DNA of 64,000 nucleotides from Octopus vulgaris (GCA_951406725.2 OX597814.1:77624001-77688000), one strand, 5' to 3'. Shown: positions 38,422 through 52,783, counted from the stretch's first letter. The notes: generated by a model from the sequence alone, not told the origin. Numbers and translations are program-made.

Positions 38422-40745
38422 ATGACTGGTGGCCTGTCTCTTCAAAATGGAGGGACAAAAGGCTTTGTAGCTAGTTACTGAATTCACAAAGGGGGAACGG
38501 CAAGTGCAATGGATTGTCCCCCTTAGACTGCTATCCAGAATCCACCCAGTCAGCTTGCGATTTCAGTAGGAATAACCTGAAGTGTAAGCAGGGTCTGAAG
38601 ACTTCCATCCTGGAATTTGAAATGTTCCCCAGGTTGAGGGAGTTATTTAATTTCCTTGCCTGTTCCACTATGCACATAAAAAAATTCTGACAGGTCCCTA
38701 ATCTTCTCAGATAAGACAAAAAGAAAACTATATAAGATAGACACCCACACTTATAGGCTATTAGAAGACCACATTACAGAGAACTACAGGAGTGCTCCCC
38801 TCCACATATACAACAACATCAACAGTAAAACCAAACAGTTAGCCAACAACTTAGATGTAGCACATATAAGGAGAGCCACCAATCTCTCCCTAGGGTGTAG
38901 CACTAACAAAGTGATTACCTGATTTAATACCAACAAGGAGAGGGGAAGTGCAAAGTTGACCCAATTCGACACCTGTCAAAAGGATTACTGGTCAAGGTAC
39001 TGTCCTTCACTAGAGGCTTCACTGATATTAGCAACAGAGACATAGATGTCATCATGCATGTCAGGTCCTGTTTAATAAAGGTTTGACCTGGGTCAACAAA
39101 ACTGACCCCGTGGGGTTTTTTGACATAGTAATGCTGGCCTATGACAATGCTGACGTATGAGACCTCATTGGATACCCTAAAGAAGAAATTCCACTCTGTC
39201 CTCTTTGGTATCTACTGAGATGATGCCCTGGCTATCTCTAGAAGGACTAATGGGCACACCCTAGATAAGCTTAGAAAAGATCTGATTAGCACCCTTAGAT
39301 CATGGGACTGATAACTACAATTGGGACCAACCTCACCATTACAAACTTCTTAGACTTGGGCTCTGGTACATACAGGCCGTACTGCAAACCATATGAAAGG
39401 CTGGCATATATCGACACAGCTTCCTGTGTTCAGAAACCTGGTGAAGGGTGTCAGTAAAAGGATCTTAAACCTGTCCTCTAGCCAAAAAATTTTGAACACA
39501 GTAGACCCCTACTATAACAAGACCCTAACTGCTAGCAGGTTTAGGGACTGCATCTCCTACATGCCAGGCCCTAACATCCACAGAAGGAAGCACCAGCGAA
39601 ATATTATTTGGTTTCCCCCCTCCCTTCTTCCTCAATGTAAAATCATATGTAGGTAGGATATTCCTTAGGCTAGTAGATAAGCACTTTACACAATCACATA
39701 GGTATGGATGCTTATTCAACAGACACAACCTAACAGTCTCTTTTATTTGCACACCCAGTATTAAGAGTATTTTAGTTAACACCCCTAGGCTACATGTGTA
39801 GGCAAGAATACTCATGCAGGAACTATAGCAGATGCTCAGTGGGAGGCCAATGCAAAACCAAGGGGGTCGTTTATGAGGCTGAAGTAGTATCTGACCCTAA
39901 TGGCAGCAGCAGATTTTCTACCATCTACAGCAATAGCAGTGATAATAGCAAGAGCAGCAACTTTAGCAGAAATAGCAGCAGCACCTTTGCTAACGATAAA
40001 GCTGATAATGATAATAATATCAACAATAACAACCACCACTATAGCACTGATAACAGCTTCAACAACAATGATGCCTATAGCAGCATCAATAGAGACATCA
40101 AAAATGACAACAACAACAATGCCAACACCAACTCTGCCACTGATGACGTCCCTTATGTTAGCATTAACAACAACACTAGCACAAACAATAGCAGAAGTAG
40201 CAGCATCAACATCAAAAGAAGCAACAACTCCAACAGCAGCAGCAGTAAGACCAACAGCAGCAGCAGTAAGACCAACAGCAGCATTCAAAATTACATTGGA
40301 TGTTCTGGAAACACCTTCAAGCAGTGCCTCTACAGCCACGATCATGGAGAGATATTATGCCACATCCTTGGCCAGCCATGTGTGGTGCCTGAAGGACAAA
40401 TGGACTGTACATGTAATCATGTGGAAAATCTTAGAAAAATCAGGTTCCTACATCAACAGGAGCAAGTGTTGCAAGCAATGCATGGTGGAACGGATGAGAA
40501 TATTAAAGAACTCCCTTGACCCAGAGAACATCTCAAATTCCAGGATGGTAGTCTTCAGACCCTGCTTACATTTGAGGCAATGCCTACTGAAATCCTGGGA
40601 CCTGCAAGCTGAGTAAATCCCAGATAGCAGTCTAAGGGAGACAATCCCTTGCACTTGACCTTTCTCCTTTGTCTGTGTGCTCAATAACTAGCAATGAGAC
40701 TTTTTCTCCATTAATTTTGAAGAGAGGTTATAGGCCACCAATCAC

Positions 40746-40808
40746 TAGGGTCTGATGAAATATTGTAAAGCTAAGCACTTTATGGGTGTAAAACCCAGGG
40801 TAACCCTA
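40746..40808 (+). ncRNA. Type I hammerhead motif in the PLE 3' pLTR (G12 apparently mutated)
   Basis: TAGGGT-CTGATGA-...TAAAG ctaagca CTTTA...-AAAAC-CCAGG-GTA-ACCCTA. Confidence 0.75.
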
Positions 40809-40894
40809 TGAACTGGCTGTGACTATCTTTCTCTAAATACTCTTCAGTTCTATAACTTAGAATGTGCTTCTGTTTCAGATTTATGATTTACTGA

Positions 40895-40931
<37 letters not shown>

Positions 40932-41129
40932 ACTTTTTGCTTGTTTTAGTCATTAGACTACAGCCATGCTGGGGTACCACCTTGAAGAATTTGCAGTCAA
41001 ATGTATTGACCCTAGTACTTTTTTTAAAGCCTGGTACGTATTCTATTGATCTCCTTTACTGAACTGCTAAGTTGCAGAGGCATAATCACACCAACACCAG
41101 TTGTCAATAGGTGGAGGGGAAAGACAAAC

Positions 41130-41164
<35 letters not shown>

Positions 41165-41937
41165 CATATATTGGAAAATGTGCGAAATCCTAGGGACAGT
41201 TAGGTATATTTGAAAAAAAAGAAAACAATGACTTCACTGGTAGTTTTAATCAATTTAATGTTTTAATAATATAATTTTACAGTTTGGTTTGTAGATCTAG
41301 TCAGAAATCACATTGCATCTGTGCGGCTTGGCTGGCTAAGTCATTCTTTCCTTTTTCAAATATATAAATATATATATGACGGGCATTTTTCAGTTTCTGT
41401 CTACCAAATCCACTCATAAGGCTTTGGTTTGCCTGAGGCTATAGTAGAAGACACTTGCTCAAGTGCCACGCAGTAGGATTGAACCCGGAACCATGTGGTT
41501 GGGAAAGAAACTTCTTACCACACAGCCACATCTACATATAAATATATATATATATATATATATCCATGTGTGTGTGTGTCTTTGTGTCTGCATATGTTGT
41601 CCACACCACTGCTTGACAACCAGTGTTGGTGTGTAGACTTACAGATACCCGGCCTTCCTTGGGATTAAAATGGCATAGTTTTTCATTGTTTTACTTGTTT
41701 GGTTAATATAACCCGATTTCATTCAGGTCTACTTGGGCCACATTTTAAAAGATGAGGAATTTTGTCCTAGAGGTCACGCCTTTCATTTGAGGAAAAAAAT
41801 AGTTGCCATGCAAACTCACCAGCACTTTTATCATAGATGTGCATATTTTCAGCTCAATCCGACCACATAATGCACGCATTATAAATACATATATACACAT
41901 TAAATATATATATATAAATGTGTACATAAATACACAT

Positions 41938-42011
<74 letters not shown>

Positions 42012-42173
42012 CAGATATGTACACTTTGTATATATATATATATATACATCATATATACATATTTATATATAGATACCGGGAAGCTTTATGAAAATAAACA
42101 AAAGATGAAGGCAGGTGGAATAGAAATAAACAATTGTATTAGTATGGCGCTCAGGAATATAAATAAAACAAGT

Positions 42174-42209
42174 CTTTTACGTTTCCAGCCTACGCTCTTC
42201 CACAGAAAG
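42174..42209 (-). ncRNA. Minimal hammerhead-like motif in a pLTR-like repeat (~42085-42260)
   Basis: Minus strand CTTT-CTGTGGA-A-GAGC gtag GCTG-GAAAC-GTA-AAAG; homologous copy at 56567-56602. Confidence 0.55.
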
Positions 42210-42259
42210 ATACACAAAAAAGAAACACGGAGAGAAACAAGGAGAGAAAAAAAATGCGT

Positions 42260-42298
<39 letters not shown>

Positions 42299-45200
42299 AA
42301 TTAACCCAATAAATATCTAATTCATAATATTTGTTCTCATGATTGTGTAGTGGTTGTGGGCGATAATAATTTACCATTGTAAAAGACCTGTGGCAGGAAT
42401 ATTCAAACTTTTGTGGCTGTTAATGCTTTCTCTCTATGAATGCAGGGAGATGTACAGAGAGAGAGAGAGAGAGAGAAGCAGTGGGAGAAAGAGTGACAGA
42501 GCCAGCAAAGGTGATGGGGAAAAGAGAGTGGAAGCTGTCGAACATTGTTATAGAGAGAAATTAGAGGGAAGGGAGGAAAGAGAGATCGAGGAAGAGAGGG
42601 TGATATGCAAAAGAGAGAAATGACAAACACTTGTCAAAGTGTGGGTTTTGTTGCCCTAGTAACCACAACTTTTGAGATAGGGATTTCTAACCTAGTCCAC
42701 TCACTTCCTTGTCTCTTTTTACATGTCCCTGTAAATTTTGGAACCAATCCGACCCCATCTAGTGCCCCTTTCCAATCCCCAAATCAAACTTTTCGCATTT
42801 CAGCTTTATAGATATTGATGTATGTGTGTGTATGCATGTATGTATGTGTATGTGTGTATATGTGTGTTCATGCCTGTGTATATGCTTGCATTAGTCCGTT
42901 TTTTAGGTTGTGCCTCTTTACTTTCACTTACTGGCTCAACAAATAGACATCCATAAAATAGACACCAGACTGAAATAAGTACTGGATGCAAGGCAGTGCT
43001 GTAGCATGACTTCAAACCAGTGGTTGAACCCAACAAAAGATTAAAAGATTAGCAGTTTTAAAATTTTCAGATTTTACTTTGTAGTCTAATACCAGACACT
43101 CCGTCATTTATGATAATGAGTGTTCCAGCTGATCTTATCAATGGAACAGCCTGCTCATGAAATTAATGCATAAGTGGCCGAGCATTCCACAAACAAACAT
43201 ATATTTAATGTGATTCTCAGAGAGATTCAGTGTGACACAGAATATAATAAAATATAGGTAAAATTCATTTTACCCAGCAAAATGGATTGGAGTAATATTG
43301 CTCAAGGATACATGTTGCTGGGAATTGAACTAACAACCTTACGATTGTGAACTGAATACCCCTAACCACCAAGCTACACACCTTCACATTTAGAGGCCTA
43401 TAAAAAGCTCAAAGAAAAATATACTCACTCTATATGTAGTATTTCAGAGTATGATTCACTACCAGCCAGACAATAACCAATCAATACTGAAGACCTGCAA
43501 ACAAACAATATCTTTAAGTTTTACACTGTAGACCACATCTTTTATCTTTAATTTGTTTCAGTCTTTAGACTGTGGCCATGCTGGGACACCACCTTGAAGA
43601 ATTTTTAATTGAATGAGATGATTCCAATAATTTTTCTGTTTTCTTTAAGCCTGGTACTTATTCTATTGGTCTCTTTTTGTTGAACTGCTAGTTTACAGAG
43701 ATGTAAGCACAGCAGCATCAGTTGTCAAGCAGTGATGGAGGACACAGACTCAAAGACACACATACATGAATATTTATATATGACAGTCTTTTTTCAGTTA
43801 CTTTCTACCAAATCCATTCACAAGGCTTTGGTTATCCTGAGGCTTCCCAAGGTGCCACACTGTGGAATTGAACCTGGAACCATGTGGTTGGGAAGCAAGC
43901 TTCTTATTTCCTTATTACTCACAAGGGGCTAAACATAGAAGGGACAAACAAGGAGAGACAAAGGAATCAAGTCGATTACATGATTTCATCAAACCCAGTA
44001 CGTAACTGGTACTTAATTTATCAACCCTGAAAGGATGAAAGGCATAGCTGACCTCGGCGGAATTTGAACTCAGAACGTAATGGCAGATGAATACCGCTAA
44101 GCATTTCACTCTGCATGCCAACATTTCAGCCAGCTCGCAAGCTTCTTACAACACAGCTATACCTCTGCCTATATGTAAACATTAATATTTCATTTATAGT
44201 TATTTTCTTAACAATGACACAGAAACCAGACAGATTATAGATTTTTATTTCTGTTTTTATTTTTCATAAGTGTAGGCATGCCTGTGTTTAACCCTTTAGC
44301 ATTCAGATTATTCTGTCAAATGCAATGCTTATTTATTAACATTATTTTATACTAGCTGGACTCATAAAATTTCACGGAAAATATAAAAAATGTAAGCATC
44401 TGTAAATTGTGTGCTGGTGCCATGAGAAATGTTTCTATAGCGTGATGGTTAAAGGTGGTGAGCTAGCAGAATCGTCAGCACATTGGGCGAAATGCTTAGT
44501 GGTATTTTATCTGTCTTTACATTTTGAGTTCAAATTCTACCAAAGTCGACTTTGCCTTTCATCTTTTTGGGGTCAATAAATTAAGCTCTAGTTGCGTACT
44601 GGAGTCAATCTAATTGACTGGCCTTCTCCCACCAAAAATTTCAGGACTTGTGCCTATAGTAGAAAAGTATATTGTGACAGTTACAGAATATAGAAAGAAG
44701 GGTAAAACCGATAACTATATTCATCCAATCAAAATATCTCAGTTATGCAAACATAAACAGTATTACTATTTAGCCTTAAAATACATCGTATATATTCAGA
44801 GAACCCTCTTGGTTTAGTGATATGGAACGTTTTATTCTTTTATTCTGTTACGTGTTTCAGTTATTTAACGATGGCCATGCTGGAGCACCACCCTTTAGTC
44901 AAAGAAATTGACTCCTGGACTTATTTCTTGTAAGCCTGGTGCTTATTCTATCAGTCTCTTCAGAAGAACAGCTAAGTTACAGGGATGCAAACATACCAAC
45001 ATCGGTTGTCAAGCAATAGTGGTGGGGGTACAAACAAAAATATATTCATATGTATGTCTGTGTGTGTCTTTTAGTTTTTGTTTACTTATACACATCAACA
45101 AATGAGCCAATTGAACAACTCTGTGTGGTTGTTCAATTTGCTAGAAATAACAGCCAAATCTCTCTCATACTATGCTCTTGTTAGTATTAAAGGAAGAGAA

Positions 45201-45504
45201 AAAATAGAATTAATATTTTTGATTTTGTTCGGCTCTATGAATTTAATTTTTTTAATGTTTTCATCCATTACTTGATACAAAAAAAAAAAAAAGAAATTGG
45301 AAAAATCCTGACCAAAACAGAGAAATTGTAACTTAACAAAAATATAGAAAGAGAAAGCCAAAAGATGTTCTTTAGCTGAGGAGTAATTTTATAATTAAAA
45401 CAAATTCAAAATTTAAATTTTGGAACATAAGACTTAACATGTTATCTGGTGTATGGCCAAATTCAAATGGGTAGAAGACTTAAAACAAATGTGTGCGTGC
45501 GCGT

Positions 45505-45576
<72 letters not shown>

Positions 45577-46209
45577 TTGGGCCTTTAACAGCCAGGGGTC
45601 AATTTCAGTTCAATCGTAGAAAGGAATTCAAAGGAATTCAGCCATTCCCTCTCACTATCTCTCTTTTTCTTTCTCACTTCCTTTCTCCCTTAAGTAACTT
45701 AATCTTCCTATTAAGATCGTTGCTGCTTCAGTGGAAAAGTAAGCATGGGTGTTGAGAAGTAGTAACACAACACATAGGTGGTGCTTTCAAATCTCTTCCA
45801 GAAATTACAAGAGATCTAGTTAAAATTTTTTATTTAAGCAACAAAATTTCTTTCAACAATTTCTTTCTGTTAAGTGTGACACACACTTCAGGTATGTACA
45901 AAAAACAAATTGGTGTATTCATATTATTGATTAATTGTGCATTATCTTGGTTATTTATTTTAAAAATAACATTATAAGATAAGTGTAGGAGGCCAGATCT
46001 GGCTTGTTTGAACATAGAACAGGTGGAATATTTGGGCTAGATATGGCTGATTTAAATGCTAAAGGGTTAAAGCTTGCTTTGCAACCATGTGGTTTCAGGT
46101 TCAGTCCCACTATGCAGCACCTTAGGCAAGTGTTTTCTCCCGTAAACTCCAGACCTGTCAATGTCATGTGAGTAAATTTGGTAGAGAGAAACTGTGTGGA
46201 AGCCTGCTG

Positions 46210-46270
<61 letters not shown>

Positions 46271-46699
46271 TATCAAAATGATCAGAGGTCCTTCCTGAGC
46301 CATAGGCTCATAATGCTGGTTTCCTGGACTCTGTGACATATATATTCTACCTCCATTCCGCCGAGGTTGACTTTGCCTTTCATCCTTTCAAGGTCGATAA
46401 ATTGAGTACCAGTTACGCACTGGGGTCAATGTAATCGGCTCAATCCCTTTGTCTATCCTTGTTTGTCTCCTCTGTATTTAGCCCCTTGTGGGTAGTAAAG
46501 AAATATATATTCTACCCCCACTGGATAGGACACCAGTCCATTGCAAGATTACTCCCTTTTGCCAGCTGAGTGGAATGGAGCAATGTGAAATGAAGTGTTT
46601 TGCTCAAGAACACAACATATTGCCTGGCCCAGGAATCAAAACCATAATCTTACTTTCATGGGTTACTCAAAATTTAACTTACCTATAATCTAGCTTTCA

Positions 46700-46960
46700 A
46701 AAATGAAGGCATGAATGACAAAGAGCCTTTCTGAAGAGTGATTTTTATTATAAACTTCTTTTTTTTTTATCTTATTGTAGAAAGGTACAGTGCCAGACAT
46801 AATTCTTTCCAACAAAGCATTGCTTCTTTTAGATAATGCACTATGTCACCCAGTGAACTTAAATCAGTTTTCTGATAATGTGAGAGTAGATGTATCCCCA
46901 AAATAAAACTTCTTAATTCTAGCCAATGGATCAAGGTGTGATTGCTAACTCCAAATCACA
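46700..46960 (+). mobile_element. pogo/Tigger transposase fragment (DDE_1)
   Basis: KA*MT...KALLLLDNALCHP...SDNVRV...PMDQGVIAN. Confidence 0.75.
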
Positions 46961-47609
46961 GCTTAAAGAGGCTCTCTGTTGCTCCAACATATTTCCATGC
47001 ATGTGTCCTTATGTTAGTGGTGTTGCTGCTGCTACCACTGCTGTCGCTGTTGTTACTAGTAGAGACATTACTGGTGCTGTTGTTGTTGCTGCTGCTATCA
47101 CTGCCATTGCTGCTGTTACTGGTGGATACCACCTCTACCTCATATAGAATGGCCTCAGAGTTTCATAGACTATCTACTGAGCATTTACTCTTAGAATAAG
47201 TATCAGGTTTAAAAAAAACGAATTATTGGGGTCGATTCATTTGACTAAAATTCATCAAGGCAGTGATTGAAACAAGTAAATAAGTTACTTTTATTTTACA
47301 CACATCTGGGGAGTAGAATTACTTAAGTGAACAAAAATTGTTCTAGGATGGAACATTAAACTTGTTGCCATTATTTAATCCCATGTAAACTCTGACAGAG
47401 AAGACCTATGATTAAAGGCTTTCAACTAGTGACTATCCTATTTTTTGGTATATCTATCACTACATTGCCTGTATGTCCTTCCCTTACTTAAGTTAGTATA
47501 GGGAGGTTGAGATTTGGCTGCTATTTTTGTAAGATCAAAAGATGGTGTAGAATTTTCCTTATTGATATTGAAGTAATGTAGAGAAAAGAAAAACGTTTTA
47601 GAAACTTAC

Positions 47610-47736
47610 AGCTGCAACACAGCCAGGAAATCAAAAATGTGTCGTACTCCATTGCAGAGAAACATCTCACTTAACATGTGAAGATTAGGTGGAGTGATGA
47701 AGTGGTTGTGCAGGTTATCCTCATCTTCACTAGATT
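47610..47736 (-). CDS. Probable internal coding exon of an unidentified host gene (SSEDEDNLHNHFITPPNLHMLSEMFLCNGVRHIFDFLAVLQ)
   Basis: Acceptor ctcttctcatttattttctag and donor GCT|GTAAGT; 127 nt; only one frame open; non-repetitive, protein-like sequence. Confidence 0.55.
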
Positions 47737-47887
47737 CTAGAAAATAAATGAGAAGAGCTGCATATAGGCATGCATGTATTCAATGTATGTATATATAATT
47801 TTTGTCCTGAGGTAGTGTAATATTGTAATGTTATAAGTTATGTTATATCAAATTGCATAAATTTGTATTTTTATTTATCGTTGTGCT

Positions 47888-49816
47888 CAGAGCTGGGCAT
47901 AAGTCCGTTAATCGTTAATGATTTCACTTTTAAGTTAACTTTGAAAATTATTATTGGACTAATTAACTTCCATTACATTTAGCTTCTGTTAACTCAAGTC
48001 CATTAACCCAAATAAGTGACTTCTTGTAGCTTTGAGATAATGTAAGGGCTTTTCTTCCAGAAAGCACAGAGATAGGAATAAAGCAAAATTAACTGAGGTG
48101 GATGTCAACAGAGAAAATATTGACTTCCATAAAGTGGGAAAAATAAATGGAAGGAAAATAGTTGGTAAATATTTTGATGTGAACACAAACAGCTGTTACA
48201 TGGTAGCAGGGCATGCTAGAAATAGTAACTAAGTACTTTCTCTTCTGGAAAAAGGGGCCGTTTACGCATGATTTTCGATGTCACATTTATTGAAAGCATG
48301 CAAAATAATCAGGAAAGAAAAAAAGACCCATGAAACAAAACTCCTTTGGTGGGAAACTTCAAAGTCTCAACCACCTCTCCTACCTTTCTTTTCCAGAAAA
48401 AAGTGGCTTGTAGTGGTTTTGGAGGTCAGATATGCTGAATGCATTAAAAAAAACTGTGGAAAAAAATTATTCTACACTGAGATACGAAATATTTACTGAA
48501 AGAATAAAATCTTGTACCAATTATACCTGTATTTTAATTTATTCAAATCAATGTACCTTGTCTTGAAAAGTGGCAACATTTTTGTCGGTTGCCATCTGGG
48601 ATAATTTTAGTAACAAATCAAACAAGTAAGAATCATTAATAATTTTAATTTTAGTGTTTATCCATAATGTTATTGCTTTTACACCTGTTAATCAAATTTA
48701 CCTGCCCATAAAAGTCAAATTCACTCAGCAAGATCAGCTAAAATTACATAACTATAAACTAGTGGTATATAAAGCACCCACTGACAAAATTTCAAATATG
48801 TATGTAAAAAATTTACAAAGTTACAAGCAAATATTGTGGACACCCCTCTTGAACATGAATAATTCAAAATAACATGAACAAAAAAAGCATTACATTTGAT
48901 AGATTAATATGAACACTAAAGATGCTTTTAGGTGTCTTTTTCTTACACACACATAACACAGCCTTGCTCAATTGGGACTACATGTGTGTTACTTCGACAT
49001 CATCATTCCAGAAAATTTGTTTATGGGTAGAAAATTATCAATAGATATGTGAGTGAGAAAGAAATGAGGTGGGAGGTTTTGGGATGTGCTAGAAACAACA
49101 GCCAGATCTCCCTTAAATCACACATTTTCCTCTGAAATTATTAACAATTTTTTAAAAACCAAAAATGTTTCTCTCATGGGTTTTAAGTGTGTAGTGAAAA
49201 AAAAATGGCCAAAATTGTTTTGAACTGGGGAAGTGATGGGGTGGCGAGAGTGAAAAAAAAATTTTCAAAATTCTTTTCCTTTTTTTATGAAAAGATGCCT
49301 CCCATTATTCTGAAGACTGGTGAAAAACATTGGGGAAAATCCCTATCAAAATGGAGAAATTTCAGCTTATGTGGGCCGTCTGATCTGAAACTCCATTTTC
49401 TAGAAACTCCTTCCCCCACCCCCTTCCAAAAAATTTGCCTACAAATTTCTTTGTAATCATAATCTACACCATTTGAAATGTATTTGTATAAAATTTCATT
49501 AAAAAATGCCTATTTTCCAGAAAGTTATGAGGGGGAAATGTCGGGTTGTATGAATTTTCCAGAACTCCTCAGAAAATTGTTTTCCAACAAATCTTTACAT
49601 ACACTCAATCTACAGGATATAAGTGATTATTTGGTGACAGTTTCGTTAAAAATTATGCATTTTTCTGGAAGTTATGAGGCAACAAATCGGTGGAGTATTA
49701 AACTGTAGTTACACATTTTTTCAATAACAGTTAACGCTAACTTCTATTACATTTCAAAGAATTAACGGATTAATGATTAATAAAGTTGATTTTTCGATTA
49801 ACAGTGCCTACCTCTG
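47888..49816. mobile_element. hAT-like non-autonomous element with nested repeats
   Basis: Ends CAGAGCTGGGCA ... TGCCTACCTCTG; subterminal GTTAA/TTAAC repeats at both ends; degenerate 8-bp flanks GTTGTGCT / GTTGTATC. Confidence 0.55.
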
Positions 49817-50912
49817 GTTGTATCTATTGTCAATGTGGTTGGGTTGAAGTGGTGTTATTAACATCTGGGTTGTGGTAGTCGTTGGGTTGCAGTTATTTCA
49901 TTTTTACTTTCTGTTGAGGGAGTGGGTGAGTTAGGATTCTGTCTCTAGTATGTGTAATGCTTACCTAACTTGTCTAAATGTTGGATCATGCAAATGTATA
50001 GCAAATAATTTTGTCTTAATGTTGTCTATCAAACCACCATACTTATCTTCGGCATGTTGGTAAAGTATTGATGCTGGCTTCTTGTCACTGCAGTCATACC
50101 AGTGTTCCTTTATTTTTCACTTATACTATTAGCCATTTCACATATAATTTGAGGTACTCATAAATATCTTATACAGCAATAATTCTCAAATTTTTTTGAC
50201 TATCTTTTTTTTAACTAACACTTTTTTGATGTCTCTTTACTACAACTGAACAAAATTAAACAGACAACAAAAAATTTCTAGTGACAAGTTGATCACCTTT
50301 AAAAGACTATACATAAACAATTTTTCTTCAACATAATATGAAATGTCAAAACGACACCTTGGCTACTAATGTTACCAATAATTCACATACAGAATAAAAA
50401 TTGAAAATATATTTGAGAATTAGGACAATTAAAAATTTTATAGAAATTTTTTATGGTTGAACTGTCTTGTAGGTGAAATTTCCTTACAAATTTAATGACA
50501 TAACTGTTTTCACCTTCACTAATCTTCACCCTTTCATCCATCTCTTCATTTATATCAATCAGCTTGTCTCTCAAATCACTCATACTTCTCCATCTCTCAT
50601 TTCCTCATTACCTATAAAGCTTGCAAACTATGAATGGCCAGCCCCTACTTCTTCTATCCTTCACTAGGGCTGTGTACAAGAGACTGAATTGGTTCATCTT
50701 TATCATTCTATTTGTGTCTATTTCAATCATTTCAAACATCACCCTACCATTCATATCTCTCCTCTCATCCATGTACTGCCATTCATCATTTGCTTTCCAC
50801 TACCTATTCTCTCACTGCCTCCCCATAACTTCTCCACCACTTCAACACTGCCTTTCCCTGTTTCTGGTCTACTTTTACCATACCCACATCTATATATATA
50901 TACATACATACA

Positions 50913-51026
50913 CAGGGGTTGAACAAAATGGAAACACCTAGCATCATAATTTTGAAATATCTATAAAACTGTCAAAAGCTTGTTTATTTTTGTTTTTTTA
51001 TTTATTATTAGTGTTGCTTAATATGT
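50913..51026 (+). mobile_element. Solo 5' end of the Tc1 family seen at 2109
   Basis: CAGGGGTTGAACAAAATGGAAACACCTAGCATCATAAT...GTGTTGCTTAATATGT matches 2109-2227. Confidence 0.85.
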
Positions 51027-52747
51027 AAGATGGCTTACAAGAATATAAAACGTACACAGGAGCTTCAGAAAATTCATTCAAGACTCAATTCTATTCCCGC
51101 CGAAATTATTTCCGATACCCTGAGAATAAGACAATAACAAGTCTTACAAAACTTTTCTGGGAATTGAAAGAGACTAACACCTGTCCTTTCAATGTAACCT
51201 GGGAAGTTCTACAAAAAGCATCATCACACAGACATGCGCTTATAAAAGACCTATGAAATGTAATCTTTGCCTCTCAGAAAAGTTCTTCATCCTGTTCCAG
51301 GCCAAACATGCTTTGAACCAGAGACGTGAGCTCTTAAATTCTTGTAGACTATGAGGTTTAAAATGTCAACCGATAAAATACCATATGGGTAAAATGTTTT
51401 GACTTTCAGAAAATTTTGATTGTTGCATTTGAATTTGACTTTACATCTTATAGTTATTTGGTATTGCAATGTTAGTGCATATTTCGACTTCACTTTTAAG
51501 AAAACCTTTGACGGTTTTACAAATTTAAGCTTAAGCTTCGCCGAGGTTTATTTTTATTGTTAACTCATGCATTTAATTATGTTATATCAATTTATTTTCC
51601 AGTTTCCTTATTTTAACATTTTAATATTATATATACCAGATAGTTTTTTGAAAATTGTTTGCGTATATACAATATGATGTATATATTTATCTTGATGTGA
51701 AGATATGTCTCTATATATTTATGTGCATGTATTGTAGGTATGTGTATGTATATATATATATACGTATATATACATATTTATATATATATATGTATATATA
51801 CATTTATATATGTGGGCATGTATTTGCATACATATTTTTTGTATATTTGTATGCATGTCTATATGTGTGTGTATTTGTATATATGTTTGTATTTATGTAG
51901 AGATACATGTAATTTTATGCGTGCATTTTTATGTGTTCATTTCGCAAGCTGAACGAAGTATCTAACGTTTGCTAGATACTTTTCAAATGCCATTATTCCA
52001 CTCTCTCTAATTTTGCTTCTCTTTCTTTTATTTCATTTTCTTCATTTCCCCTTTTTTCTTTCTCCCCCACCACTTGTTATTCTCTGATTTTGCCCTTTTC
52101 TTTCTTTAGCCTGTAACAACTAACTTATATAAGCATACACCAGCAAATTTTGTGCACGTGCATATGTGTGCGTGCATACATATATATGCATTTGTATATA
52201 TTTATGTCTTGCCTATATATGTCTGTATATGTATGTAGCCATGTACCTGCATCTGTATTTTTAGTGTATATACGTATATTATAGATTGTTTGGTATGTGT
52301 ATATATTGCTAAATGTATATGTGATCTAGTATAAAAATTTTTTTAAACGGATATATCTTTTAATTTATTAATATTTTACAGCTAATTATTTACTCTGGGT
52401 ATTTAGGCCTTTTCCTTCTTTATACGCTATTTTTGATTTAAAGCTTCCTTTGATTTTTATAATAATATGATTTTAAACTGCAATTTGTTATTTCATGCAA
52501 CCGGTTATTGGAAAGGCTGTTAGCTGAAAGGACCGATTTCAAATGTGTATCTTTCAAAGTAATTATATTTCTGCATATAATTTTATCTTGCTCCATTCTA
52601 AACAAAACTGTCCAACGAATGGGAACATGAAACTCTGAGTAACAGTTTTTGTGATATTTTTGCTCCTTTTTAATAAAGCATATTACTCTACCTCTGGTAT
52701 TCAAGTACTATTTTTTCCACCTTGTTTTGCATTTATGTGCTTACTCT

Positions 52748-52750
<3 letters not shown>
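51027..52750 (+). mobile_element. Penelope-like element 3' fragment (GIY-YIG, long 3' region, hammerhead)
   Basis: KTYTGASENSFKTQFYS...TSLTKLFWELK...VTWEVLQK...KCNLCLSEKFFIL...LNQRRELLNSCR; hammerhead at 52604-52649; ends at (TA)n. Confidence 0.8.
52604..52649 (+). ncRNA. Minimal type I hammerhead motif (core decayed to CCAACGA)
   Basis: AAAACTGT-CCAACGA-ATG ggaa CAT-GAAAC-TCTGA-GTA-ACAGTTTT; 8-bp stem I. Confidence 0.7.

Positions 52751-52783
<33 letters not shown>

Larger units (their letters stand above)
38338..40895 (+). mobile_element. Penelope-like element (Neptune-type), decayed, with inverted 5' pLTR
   Basis: RT remnants FDIVMLAYDNADV*DLIG (FDVTMGSYDGAE position), GIY*DDALA and RNIIWFPP; Cys linker and GIY-YIG (GVVYEA...YIGCSGNTFK...LASHVWCLK...CKQCMVE); 38338-38674 is an inverted copy of ~40480-40835. 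Confidence 0.9.

Noticed and set aside
39836-40345. 169-aa hydrophobic minus-strand ORF and mucin-like 39900-40616 ORF
   Set aside because: Alternative frames of the triplet insert within the Penelope endonuclease.
49965-50087. Possible minus-strand exon DKKPASILYQHAEDKYGG...
   Set aside because: Good donor but no polypyrimidine tract, and direct splicing to the 47736 exon would create a stop.
51949-51990. CTGAACGA followed by hairpin AGTATCTA/TAGATACT as a hammerhead
   Set aside because: No GAAA, stem III or stem I partner.
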